Numbered from the stretch's first letter, positions 28,213-37,439 are shown. The stretch: DNA of 64,000 nucleotides from Chloroflexota bacterium (GCA_013816405.1 JACDEL010000002.1:6220-70219), one strand, 5' to 3'. Numbers and translations are program-made. The notes: a model not told the origin generated them from the sequence alone.

Positions 28213-29796
28213 ATGCGTGACTCCTCCATCACCCTTCGTCGGGCCCTCGACCTGCCCCCCCTGCAACACGCCCGCGTCCTGGCGGGGAACGCCGGGATCG
28301 AGCACCGAGTGCGCCACGTCAACGTGATGGAAGTACCCGACATCCTGCCGTGGGTGCAACCCGACGAGCTGCTGTTGACGACGGCATACCCCCTCCGCGA
28401 CGACCACGCGGCCCTGGGAACGCTCGTCCCCGAGCTTGCCGCCAAGGGCCTCGCCGGCATCGCGATCAAGCCCGATCGCTACCTCGGGAAGGTCCCGACG
28501 GCAATGCTCATCGCCGCCGACGCCTGCAGCTTTCCCCTGATCGAGCTGCCGCCCGAGAGCAGCTTCAACGAGATCATCAGCGCGGTGCTGAGCGTGATCC
28601 TCAACGAGCAGTCGCTGCGCCTGCAGCGCGCCGCCGAGATCCACGACCGATTCACACAGATCGTGCTGGGCGGTGGCGGGCTGCGCGAGATCGCCATGAC
28701 CCTGGCCCAACTCGTCGAGCGGCAGGTGCTGATCGTGGATCAGCATGGCGAGGTACTCACCGGGTCGGGAGAGCTCGACATCGAACGGCTCACCGACGAA
28801 GTGATGATGGCGGCACACGGGGACGGCGCGGAAGCCGGGCGATGGGTGTCCGTCAAGATCGGCGGCAGGGAGGCCACCTTGCAACCGATCATGGTCGACG
28901 GCGAGCCCTACGGCGCGATCGCGGCTCTCGCGCCGGCCGAGACGATGAGCACCGATGATCTGGAGGCCCTCCAGTTCGCGGCCACCGTGGCGGCGCTGCG
29001 TCAGGTGCAGGCTCGCGCCCTGGTCGAGGGCGACCGGCGCTTTCAGGCCGTGTGCCTGGAGGAGCTGGTGAGCGGTCATCTCACCGACCGGAGCGTCCTC
29101 TCCGAGCGCGCCGAGGCCTTCGGCTGGGACCTGTCGCTCCCCCGCGCCGTCCTTCTGGCGCAGGCCGGATCGTCGAGCGGTGGGGATGCCGACACCGTGC
29201 GGTCATTGGCCGACGCAGCACGGGTGGCCCTTGGCGGTGCCGCGATCGTCTGGGAGCGGAGCACCCAGGCCGCCGCCCTTGTGGCCCCGAGAGGGGCCGA
29301 TCCGGCGGCGCTGCTGGACGCCGCCGACAGCCTTCGGCGAGAGGCAGCCCGCCGCCTGCCGACGATGCCGGTCAGCATCGGCATCGGTCGGGTTCGGGGT
29401 GACCCGCTCGAGCTGCGAGAGAGTCACGCCGAGGCGCGTCGCGCGCTCGAGGTCGGTCGTTGGCGCAGCCCCGGCGAGGTCGTGACCTTCGAGAGGATGG
29501 GGCTGGACCGGCTGTTGGCTAGCGTCTCCGCCCCCGAGCTCTCCGCCTTCCGCCACACGATGATCGAGCCGCTCGCCGCCTACGATCGGGCCCATCGGTC
29601 GAACCTGCTCGACACCCTCGAGGCGTACGTCGCGACCCGCAATGCAGCCGAGGCGGCACGCCGCCTGTACGTCCACTACAACACGGTGCGCAGCCGGCTG
29701 GCGCGCATCGAGGAGCTCATCGGACCGTTCCTGGCCGACACCGAGCGCCTGACCGGCCTCGCGGTCGCGCTGCATATCCATCGCCGCGGGCACTGA
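28213..29796 (+). CDS. PucR/CdaR family transcriptional regulator
   Basis: VRHVNVMEVPDILPWV...ELLLTTAY PucR domain; C-terminal HTH AARRLYVHYNTVRSRL. Confidence 0.92.
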   Translation: MRDSSITLRRALDLPPLQHARVLAGNAGIEHRVRHVNVMEVPDILPWVQPDELLLTTAYPLRDDHAALGTLVPELAAKGLAGIAIKPDRYLGKVPTAMLIAADACSFPLIELPPESSFNEIISAVLSVILNEQSLRLQRAAEIHDRFTQIVLGGGGLREIAMTLAQLVERQVLIVDQHGEVLTGSGELDIERLTDEVMMAAHGDGAEAGRWVSVKIGGREATLQPIMVDGEPYGAIAALAPAETMSTDDLEALQFAATVAALRQVQARALVEGDRRFQAVCLEELVSGHLTDRSVLSERAEAFGWDLSLPRAVLLAQAGSSSGGDADTVRSLADAARVALGGAAIVWERSTQAAALVAPRGADPAALLDAADSLRREAARRLPTMPVSIGIGRVRGDPLELRESHAEARRALEVGRWRSPGEVVTFERMGLDRLLASVSAPELSAFRHTMIEPLAAYDRAHRSNLLDTLEAYVATRNAAEAARRLYVHYNTVRSRLARIEELIGPFLADTERLTGLAVALHIHRRGH

Positions 29797-29825
29797 GAGT
29801 AGCGCCGTGGCTATACTGCCTGAAA

Positions 29826-29927
29826 CCCTTTAAGGACGGTCCTGAGAGGCCGCCAAGGAGCGATCGGATGCTTGACGTCGCGAACGGTGACACCACTCGC
29901 CATCGGCCCATTGCCGGTGGCGTTGTC
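29826..29927 (+). promoter_or_regulatory. PyrR-binding loop plus SD-occluding hairpin in the pyrB leader
   Basis: CCCTTTAA-GGAC-GGTCCTGAGAGGCC-GCCAAGG matches the PyrR site consensus; hairpin CGCCATCGGC/GCCGGTGGCG at 29898-29922; TATACT at 29812. Confidence 0.8.
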
Positions 29928-30872
29928 GTGTCCCGGCCCGATCCCGACGTACCCCCTGCGACCGCCTGGCCGCATCGGCACCTGCTCGACGTCGATCAGC
30001 TCACCCGCGGTGAGATGGAGGCCTGCCTCGACCTTGCCGTCGAGATGCGCGAGCGGCGCCTGCGGCGCGAGACCCTCGACCTGCTGCGCGGCGAGGTGGT
30101 CGGGCTGGCCTTCTGCGAGCCATCGACCCGGACGCGCGTCAGCTTCGAGCTGGCCGCTGAGGCGCTCGGGGCGCAGGTGGTCGAGCTCCCCATCGACGTC
30201 AGCAGCGTCACGAAGGGCGAGTCGTTGGTCGACACGCTGCGCACGCTCGAGCGTACCGGCGTGACGACCGTAATTCTGCGGCATTCGATGAGCGGTGCTC
30301 CCTACCTTGCCGCGCGGAGTGTGCCGGTCCGGATCGTGAATGCCGGGGACGGGTCGCACGCTCACCCGACGCAGGCTCTGTTGGATGCCCTGACCCTGTG
30401 TGATGCCCTCGGATCACTCGAAGGCAGGAAGATCGCGATCGTGGGCGATATCGGTCATTCGCGGGTTGCCCGCTCGAACATCCACGCGCTGACAGCGCTG
30501 GGGGCGTCGGTCTGCCTGGCGGGACCTCCGGCCTGGGTGCGGGGCTTCGAAGCCTGGCCGGGCGTCACGGTCGCCGACCGCCTCCAGGACGCGCTTGCCG
30601 GTGCCGATGCGGTCATGACGCTCCGCATCCAGCTCGAGCGCGAGGCTGGCGGCGGCGTTCCTTCACTGCGCGAGTACACCGCCCGCTGGGGCCTGGATGC
30701 GGAGCGCCTTGCGGTCGCCCAGACTGGCGCTCCGGTGCTGCACCCCGGCCCGACCAACGAAGGAGTCGAGATCACAGCCGACCTGGCAGCCAGCGAGCGA
30801 AGCTTGATCGGTGCGCAGGTGGTGAACGGCGTGGCGATGCGAATGGCAGTGCTGGCGCTCCTCACCCAATGA
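29928..30872 (+). CDS. pyrB: Aspartate carbamoyltransferase catalytic subunit
   Basis: EPSTRTRVSFE, NAGDGSHAHPTQALLD, HSRVARS, LHPGP; GTG start chosen after the attenuator (ORF track start 29868). Confidence 0.95.
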   Translation: MSRPDPDVPPATAWPHRHLLDVDQLTRGEMEACLDLAVEMRERRLRRETLDLLRGEVVGLAFCEPSTRTRVSFELAAEALGAQVVELPIDVSSVTKGESLVDTLRTLERTGVTTVILRHSMSGAPYLAARSVPVRIVNAGDGSHAHPTQALLDALTLCDALGSLEGRKIAIVGDIGHSRVARSNIHALTALGASVCLAGPPAWVRGFEAWPGVTVADRLQDALAGADAVMTLRIQLEREAGGGVPSLREYTARWGLDAERLAVAQTGAPVLHPGPTNEGVEITADLAASERSLIGAQVVNGVAMRMAVLALLTQ

Positions 30873-32257
30873 GCTCCTTCGGGTCGCTCGGCGACCCGGC
30901 GGCGACCTTCGTGCTGACGGGGGTGCGGGTCATCGACCCCTGGAACGATGAGGATGCCGTTCGGGACATCGCTGTCGTCGAGGGCCAGCTGGTCGATCCA
31001 GCCAAGGCTCCATCCGATGCACCGCGCCTGGACGCCCGCGGCCTGGTCGTCGGGCCTGGCCTGTGCGACCTGCACGTGCACCTGCGCGAGCCGGGGATGG
31101 AACGAGCCGAGACGGTCGAGAGCGGCGCCCGCGCGGCGGCTCACGGCGGCTTCACCACTGTGTGCGCCATGCCGAATACCGACCCACCGCTCGACGAGCC
31201 GGCACGGGTGGCGATGGTTCTCGAACGCGCCCGGAACCGAGCGTGCCGGGTGCGGGTCATCGCCGCCGCAACGCGGGCCCGGGAGGGAGAGCGAATCACC
31301 GAGATCGGCGAGCTGGCCCGAATGGGGATCGCCGGCGTCAGCGACGATGGCTCGGTTGTGGCGTCGGCGCGGGTGGCGCGCGGGCTGCTGGCCTACCTGG
31401 CCCCGCTGGGGCTGCCTCTGATCGAGCACGCCGAAGATCCCGCACTCTCGGCGGGTTCAGTGATGCGCGCCGGTCCGACCGCCACGCGACTGGGGCTCGC
31501 CGGCTGGCCGGCCAGCGCGGAGCTTTCGATCGTGGACCGGGACATCGCCCTGGCCGAGGAGACCGGCGGCTGGGTCCACTTCACGCACCTCTCCACGGCG
31601 GGCGGGCTGGATGCCATCCGTCGCGCCAAGGAGCGGGGCATCCGGGTGACCTGCGACGTCACCCCGCATCACCTCGCCCTGACCGACGCGTGGGTGGCGG
31701 GCTGGCGTGGCTTTGCATGGGAAGAGCCGACCGGCGTCGCCGCGGATCCGTTCGGAGCTCCGTTGGATGCCACGCTCGCATACGACCCAGCCTGCCGGGT
31801 CAACCCGCCGCTCGCCCCACGCGCCGAGGCGCTCGCCCTCCTGGCCGGCGTCGCGGACGGCACGATCGACTCCATCGCCACGGATCATGCGCCGCATCCG
31901 CTCGAGCGGAAGCGAGTCGAATTCGGCGCAGCGGCGCCGGGGATGATCGGGCTCGAGACCGCCCTGTCGCTGGGCCTGGCGGCGGTCGAGGTAGGCGGCC
32001 TGGAGCTGGTGCGCCTGCTCGGAGCGCTCAGCACCCGCCCGGCCGAACTCATCGGCGAGGTCCGGACCCTCCAGCCAGGATCGCTCGCCGACCTGGTCGT
32101 CTTCGATCCCGTCGCCCGTTGGCGGGTCGAGGCATCCGGCCTGGCGTCGGCCTCGTCGAACACGCCGCTCCTCGGAGTGGAGCTGCCCGGCGTGGTCCGA
32201 ATGACGGTGGCGGGCGGGCGAATCACGTACCGCGACGGACTCGCCGCCGTCGACTGA
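30869..32257 (+). CDS. pyrC: Dihydroorotase
   Basis: DLHVHLREPG, AMPNT, TPHHL, NPPL, ATDHAPH, SNTP. Confidence 0.95.
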   Translation: MSSFGSLGDPAATFVLTGVRVIDPWNDEDAVRDIAVVEGQLVDPAKAPSDAPRLDARGLVVGPGLCDLHVHLREPGMERAETVESGARAAAHGGFTTVCAMPNTDPPLDEPARVAMVLERARNRACRVRVIAAATRAREGERITEIGELARMGIAGVSDDGSVVASARVARGLLAYLAPLGLPLIEHAEDPALSAGSVMRAGPTATRLGLAGWPASAELSIVDRDIALAEETGGWVHFTHLSTAGGLDAIRRAKERGIRVTCDVTPHHLALTDAWVAGWRGFAWEEPTGVAADPFGAPLDATLAYDPACRVNPPLAPRAEALALLAGVADGTIDSIATDHAPHPLERKRVEFGAAAPGMIGLETALSLGLAAVEVGGLELVRLLGALSTRPAELIGEVRTLQPGSLADLVVFDPVARWRVEASGLASASSNTPLLGVELPGVVRMTVAGGRITYRDGLAAVD

Positions 32258-32306
32258 GCGCCGGATGTGGGACCATGCGGACCGCCCACCCCGCAGCGAG
32301 CGATGG

Positions 32307-32645
32307 ATGTCGATCCGCACCAACGAGGAACTCGATCCGAATGAGGGACCAGGCTTCGGGTGCTTCGTCTGGCAGGCGCTCCTGTTCGCCGGCCTCCTCT
32401 TCCTCATCCCCATCGGCCTGTTCACCTTCAACTGGCCGGTCTGGCTGCTGGTCGTGCTCCTCTTCATCGACATGGTCCTGCTCTTCCTTGTCAGCATGAC
32501 CAGCGTCTTCCTGCTGCGCGTCTTCTTCGCCGACCGCCGTCGGGGTCGCGGACGGACCATCGGTCCCGCCGCTCCGACCCGGGTCATCACCGTGCAGCCG
32601 CCTGAGCAAGGTGAGCCGCCGACGAACGAGGGGGAGGCCGAGTAG
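32307..32645 (+). CDS. Hypothetical membrane protein (2 TM)
   Basis: Two hydrophobic segments followed by an Arg-rich stretch; stop abuts the next ATG. Confidence 0.7.
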   Translation: MSIRTNEELDPNEGPGFGCFVWQALLFAGLLFLIPIGLFTFNWPVWLLVVLLFIDMVLLFLVSMTSVFLLRVFFADRRRGRGRTIGPAAPTRVITVQPPEQGEPPTNEGEAE

Positions 32646-32972
32646 ATGCCACTGATGGTCACCTTCTTCAACGTCCGGAAGGGGCGCGACGCGCTCTTCA
32701 AGCGCGGGATGCGCCACTTCTTCCCGAGGACGGTGAAGCGCTACGAGGCCGAATACGGGATCCGCTTCATCGGCTGGTTCAACGTCACCGAGGGATCGGA
32801 ATGGAACAACGTTTTGATCCTGGACCTGCCGACGTATTCGGTGCTCGATCGCCTGTACGAGGATCCCGCCGCGCGCGGCCTGGGCCACCGGGTGGCCGAG
32901 TCGATCTTCGACAAGAAGCACATCATCTTCCTGCGCGAGCGGATGGGTCCGGACCTGGTCTACAAGCCGTGA
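32646..32972 (+). CDS. Hypothetical protein, possibly NIPSNAP/dimeric alpha-beta barrel
   Basis: Coupled to both neighbours; YGIRFIGWFNV pattern; GC3-biased codons. Confidence 0.7.
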   Translation: MPLMVTFFNVRKGRDALFKRGMRHFFPRTVKRYEAEYGIRFIGWFNVTEGSEWNNVLILDLPTYSVLDRLYEDPAARGLGHRVAESIFDKKHIIFLRERMGPDLVYKP

Positions 32973-33790
32973 GCGCGCCGCGCATCTCCGCGCTGCGCGA
33001 GCTGGCCGGCGAGGCTGAGCTCGAGCGCAGGGACTTCGTGTACGAGGCGACCGAGCAGCTGCGCCGCTTCCTGGCCGCGAACCGTGAGCGCCTGCTCGAG
33101 ATCGGTCCCATCAAGCTGGTCGACGACGAGCAGGACTACCTCCTGTTCGATCCTGTCGACGAGGTGTGGACCACACGGTTGACCTACCAGGATCCGGCGG
33201 ATAGCGAGTGGTACGACGAGGAGCAGACGGTCGAAGCGGTGAGCGAGGTGGTCGAGCTCTATAACCTGGCCGACATTCTCTCCTGGTTCATCGACGCCGC
33301 CCGCGACCCGACGAACCACCTGATATCGGCCGACAAGCTCGCCGCGCACGAGGCGGTCGCTGACGAGCCGAACGACGAGGATTGGCAGGCGGACCTGTCG
33401 ACGGCCCAGCAGGAGACGATCGCCGCGCAGCGACTCTGGCAGCTGGCCGACGCGTATCGCACCCAGATCGGCGACCAGCAGAAGCAGGTGCTGCGTGAGT
33501 TCGCTGCCAACGCCGAGGAGGTGCTGGCGCGGACCGGCGACCTGGTCCTGCTTGACGAGGAGACCGACACCCTCGTCCTGCGCGCGGATGGTCGGTTCGA
33601 GACAAGCCTCGACCTGTCAGACATGCCGAACGGAACGGCGCTCAACGACGAGCCGCACCGCATGGGCCTGACCGTCACCGACGCTCGCACCGTCGCCGAC
33701 GTGTACGACCCGACGGATGTCCTCCAATGGGTCACCGATGCCCTCACCGAACGCTATCCCGCGGTCGATTTCACCGCCGTCTACGAATAG
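32969..33790 (+). CDS. Acidic hypothetical protein with internal domain duplication
   Basis: GTG overlaps upstream TGA; the two halves align by eye. Confidence 0.75.
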   Translation: MSAPRISALRELAGEAELERRDFVYEATEQLRRFLAANRERLLEIGPIKLVDDEQDYLLFDPVDEVWTTRLTYQDPADSEWYDEEQTVEAVSEVVELYNLADILSWFIDAARDPTNHLISADKLAAHEAVADEPNDEDWQADLSTAQQETIAAQRLWQLADAYRTQIGDQQKQVLREFAANAEEVLARTGDLVLLDEETDTLVLRADGRFETSLDLSDMPNGTALNDEPHRMGLTVTDARTVADVYDPTDVLQWVTDALTERYPAVDFTAVYE

Positions 33791-33794
33791 CCAG

Positions 33795-34445
33795 ATGGAG
33801 CCGATTCCGGTCGCCACCAGCTCGCCGGGGCTTCCGCAGGGCGACGCATTGACCATGGCCGGAGTCGAGGAGCTGTTCGAGGTGGCCGGAGCCCTGCGCC
33901 GCGGGCACTTCGTGCTCAAGAGTGGACGCCACTCGGACCGCTATCTGGAGAAGTTCGCAGTGCTGCAGTACCCGTCCCTGGCGGTCGAGATCGGCCGGCG
34001 GCTGGCCGCCTCCCTCATCGATCGCGATCCGACCCTCGTGGTCGGGCCGACCACGGGCGGGGCGCTGCTCGCCGCCGAGACGGCACGCCAGCTGGAGGTT
34101 TCGCTCGGCCGGACCGTGCGGGGCGTGTTCGCTGAGCCGATGGAGCGGGGGGCTCGCGCGCTGCGCCGCGGCTGGCCGGTCAGCGGCGCCGACCGCGTCG
34201 TGCTGGTCGACGACATCCTGACCACTGGCGCGTCGCTGGCCGAGACCGTGCGGGCCGTCGGCCTGGCAGGGGCGACGCCATTGGTGGCGAGCGTGATCGT
34301 CGACCGCTCTACCGGTCCGGTGGAGATCGGCTGCCCGATCGTATCGCTTGGCAGGATCGAGATCACGTCGTGGACCGCTGACGAGTGCCCGTCCTGCAAG
34401 CGCGGTGAGCCTGTCGTCAAGCCGGGGAGCAGCGCCGCTAGCTGA
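33795..34445 (+). CDS. pyrE: Orotate phosphoribosyltransferase
   Basis: GHFVLKSGRHS, LVDDILTTGAS, CPSC...KPGS. Confidence 0.92.
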   Translation: MEPIPVATSSPGLPQGDALTMAGVEELFEVAGALRRGHFVLKSGRHSDRYLEKFAVLQYPSLAVEIGRRLAASLIDRDPTLVVGPTTGGALLAAETARQLEVSLGRTVRGVFAEPMERGARALRRGWPVSGADRVVLVDDILTTGASLAETVRAVGLAGATPLVASVIVDRSTGPVEIGCPIVSLGRIEITSWTADECPSCKRGEPVVKPGSSAAS

Positions 34446-35292
34446 CCACCGGCTCCTGCCAGTTGACCTGCGTCATGCGCGCCGGGGGAAACTCGCCATC
34501 CGGGGGGACGATCGCGGTCTCCGCCTCCAGGGGGATGCCGATCGGCGCCACGAAATAGCGGCCGGCCAGGCGCCGCGCCTCGGGATCAACGGCGAACCCG
34601 GCCTTCGCGCGGTGGAAGGTGATGGTCAAGTCGGCGACCACGACTGGATCGGAGCGGGTGCCATCGGTCAGGTCGATGCGGGTGGGGGTGTCGATGGCAA
34701 GGACGCGGCAGGGCCGCCCGGCGGCCCGGGCGTGGGTCACGATCGCGTTGAGCAGGTCCACGGCGCTGGAGATCGGCTCGCGCAGCGGGCCGGCCGCGCC
34801 GCTGCCGAGCAGCGCGTCGACGAGGAGGCTCGCCGGTGAGAGCCGTGCCCGCAGCTTGAGCAGCAGCTCAGGGGTGGGCGCCACGAAGAGCGACAGCGAG
34901 CCGGCCGATGCCATTGCCTGCAGCACGGCCCAGTTGTGTGCCGCGGCGACACCGCTGATCCGCGCGGGATCGCCCACTAGGACAGCGGTCACCGCGCGGC
35001 CCGTCGAGGCAAGGCGTCTGGCGGTCACGAAGCCGTCGCCTCCGTTGCTGCCCGGGCCGCACAGCACGACCGTCAACGGGGCCGCGGCGAGCGGCCCCCC
35101 TGGTCCGGTGACCGGCTCGGTCATGGTGGCCAGCTCAGCGAGGGCCAGCTCGGTGACGGCCGCGCCGGCGCTCTCCATCAGGGCATCGGGCGACAGGCCA
35201 AGGCCCTGCGCCGCCTCATCGATGCGCGCCATCTCGTCGCCGCCGATGAGGACCGTCACATTGCGTACCGGCCGTTCGGCCGGATCGGTCAT
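34438..35292 (-). CDS. nnrE: NAD(P)H-hydrate epimerase (stand-alone YjeF_N)
   Basis: LMESAG, CGPGSNGGDG, VDALLGSG, AIDTPT, TITFH, IGIP. Confidence 0.9.
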   Translation of the reverse strand: MTDPAERPVRNVTVLIGGDEMARIDEAAQGLGLSPDALMESAGAAVTELALAELATMTEPVTGPGGPLAAAPLTVVLCGPGSNGGDGFVTARRLASTGRAVTAVLVGDPARISGVAAAHNWAVLQAMASAGSLSLFVAPTPELLLKLRARLSPASLLVDALLGSGAAGPLREPISSAVDLLNAIVTHARAAGRPCRVLAIDTPTRIDLTDGTRSDPVVVADLTITFHRAKAGFAVDPEARRLAGRYFVAPIGIPLEAETAIVPPDGEFPPARMTQVNWQEPVVS

Positions 35293-35750
35293 GGCAGGGT
35301 CTTCAGGTACTCGACGACGGTGGCGATCTCCTCTGGGCTGAGGTTCGTCGGCGGGCCGGCGAAGACGGGCATGCCATTGCGGGCGATTCCGGCCACCGCC
35401 GGATCAGTGCCGGCAATCCAGAGGTTGGCCCAGTCATCGGGACGGTCCTTGCCCAGCTGTTGCAGGTTCGCGCTGGTCGGGCCGTTCTTCACGCCATGGA
35501 GGCTCGGGAAGGCGGCCTGTCCCGCCAGGTCCGGGCCATGGCAGGCCTGGCAGCCTGCCGCCTTGATGATGGACTGAGCATTGAGGCCGCCCGATCCCGA
35601 CGGCTGCGGCGTTCCGAGGATTGGCGGATTGGAGCCGCTCGGGTTGGTGGCGAAGAAGAGTGCGCCGGCGAGGACCATGCCCCCCGTCAGGGTCAGCGCC
35701 CAACCGGGGATGCCGCGCGTCCGTGACTCGATCGGGGTGGGGACCGTCAT
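35289..35750 (-). CDS. Membrane-anchored monohaem cytochrome c
   Basis: N-terminal TM helix, CQACH, distal Met in NGMPVF. Confidence 0.9.
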   Translation of the reverse strand: MTVPTPIESRTRGIPGWALTLTGGMVLAGALFFATNPSGSNPPILGTPQPSGSGGLNAQSIIKAAGCQACHGPDLAGQAAFPSLHGVKNGPTSANLQQLGKDRPDDWANLWIAGTDPAVAGIARNGMPVFAGPPTNLSPEEIATVVEYLKTLP

Positions 35751-35754
35751 TGGC

Positions 35755-37254
35755 TCAGTGCGCCGCCGGCACGGCAGCGGCGTCCAGGACGATGGCGTAC
35801 TCCGCGCGGCGGGCACTGGTGTACATCAGGAACACGTTCAGTGCCAGCACCGCTGCCGCCAATGCGGTGAGGCCGATTCCCGCCCCGAGCCCAAGCCGGA
35901 ACCAGAAGACGAACCCGTCCATCTCCGCGGGCGTCGCCGCCTGCGCCAGCAGCGAGCCATGCACGATTCCACCGGCGATCAGGGCCAGCCCTGCCACGGC
36001 GGCCCCGGCAAAGGCGGTCCACAGCGTTGCCTCGGCGAGCAGGGTCCCTCCCCAATCCCGTCGCAGCAGGCGCGGGAAGGCGTGATCCGCCAACGCCAGG
36101 AACGCGAACGTGGCCGTGCCAAGGAGCGCAAAGAGCCGGACGCCGATCCCCCACTCCGTGCTCCCGACGAGTGCCCGCACCGAGCCGAGGGAGCCGAGCG
36201 CCTCGAGCAGCGCGTTGGCCACCAGGAAGGTGAGGGCCACCAGCGCGAACGGGATCGTCCCCGGCGAGAGGACGAGCGTCCAGCGACCGCTGAGGCTGAG
36301 GAGCAGGTTCGCAACGACCAGGAAGGCGGGAAGAACCAGCAGGAAGGTCGCCACGTTGCCGATCTGGGTGATCGCGAACGGGACCGAGACATCCACCAGG
36401 CTGGCGAGGGGCGCCAGAGTGCTCAGCCCGAGCCACAGCAGCCAGCCGAGCATGGCCAGGCCCCATGAGTAGAGCGGGTTGGCGGCAGCGCGCGGGATGA
36501 CGTAATACAGGGTGCCGATGGCCATGCCGCCCAAGCAGAGGGTCTCCAGGGCACGCCCGTAGAAGGCGGTGGCAAGCGCCATCCCAGTTGCGGGCAGGCT
36601 GAACAGCTTCACGACGCTGAGCAGCTGCGCGAGGCTGATGAGACCGTAGAGCCCCAAGAGCGCGAGGAGCGCCACCCCGAAGTACCAGATGCTGACGTAT
36701 GGCTGCCGCTCCGCCGATGCCAGCACGGTTCGCCAGAAGGCCGCGTTGGCGAGGAGCAGGGCCAGCAGCAGGACGCCGGCCACCGGCAGCGGGAACTCCG
36801 TCAGCGCCCCGGACCCGGAGAGCTGCGGGACGTAGAGCGCCACCAGGCCGGCAGCCAGGCCGATGTTCCAGAGTGCCGCGGCGCCGGCCGCCATCGTCTC
36901 GCTGACCAATCGCCTGCCGAGCAGGCGGGGCGTGATGAAGAAGATCGCCCCTAGCCCGGCGTTGCCGAGCCAGCCATAGACCAGCGAGTTCCAGAAGCCG
37001 GAGGTCGTGGTTGCCGGGCTCAGCTCGAAGGTGAGCACTCCGCTGACCGTGGGCATCTCCAGGTGCAGAGTGAGCTGATCCGGGAAGAGCTGATAGGCCA
37101 CCCACAGCAACCCGATCCCCGCGGCGGCCAGGAACCAGACCAGTGCAGCGACCAGGAATGCGGTCGCGGCATTGTCCGGCTCGTTGGGAATGATCGGGCG
37201 ACGGACCTTGGGTGGCTGGTCGTAGGGTCGCAGCTTCTTGGGGTTCACGGCCAT
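35755..37254 (-). CDS. CcoN (cbb3 oxidase subunit I)-like membrane protein lacking the haem/CuB His ligands
   Basis: ~12 TM helices; YVSIWYF, YYVIPR..NPLYS and TEWGIG match CcoN; all six ligand His absent; TACAAT -10 near 37312. Confidence 0.75.
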   Translation of the reverse strand: MAVNPKKLRPYDQPPKVRRPIIPNEPDNAATAFLVAALVWFLAAAGIGLLWVAYQLFPDQLTLHLEMPTVSGVLTFELSPATTTSGFWNSLVYGWLGNAGLGAIFFITPRLLGRRLVSETMAAGAAALWNIGLAAGLVALYVPQLSGSGALTEFPLPVAGVLLLALLLANAAFWRTVLASAERQPYVSIWYFGVALLALLGLYGLISLAQLLSVVKLFSLPATGMALATAFYGRALETLCLGGMAIGTLYYVIPRAAANPLYSWGLAMLGWLLWLGLSTLAPLASLVDVSVPFAITQIGNVATFLLVLPAFLVVANLLLSLSGRWTLVLSPGTIPFALVALTFLVANALLEALGSLGSVRALVGSTEWGIGVRLFALLGTATFAFLALADHAFPRLLRRDWGGTLLAEATLWTAFAGAAVAGLALIAGGIVHGSLLAQAATPAEMDGFVFWFRLGLGAGIGLTALAAAVLALNVFLMYTSARRAEYAIVLDAAAVPAAH

Positions 37255-37364
37255 CGGCGTGCGCAGCCTCGCATCGATCGGAATGGGTCGCGACGGCGAA
37301 CCCGGCGGCATTGTAGCCGACCTCAGGGGTTTGACCGATCCGAGCGCGGTGCGTAGCATGGGCC

Positions 37365-37439
<75 letters not shown>

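Noticed and set aside
35755-37254. Functional cbb3 oxidase or NO reductase
   Set aside because: All haem and CuB/FeB His ligands are missing
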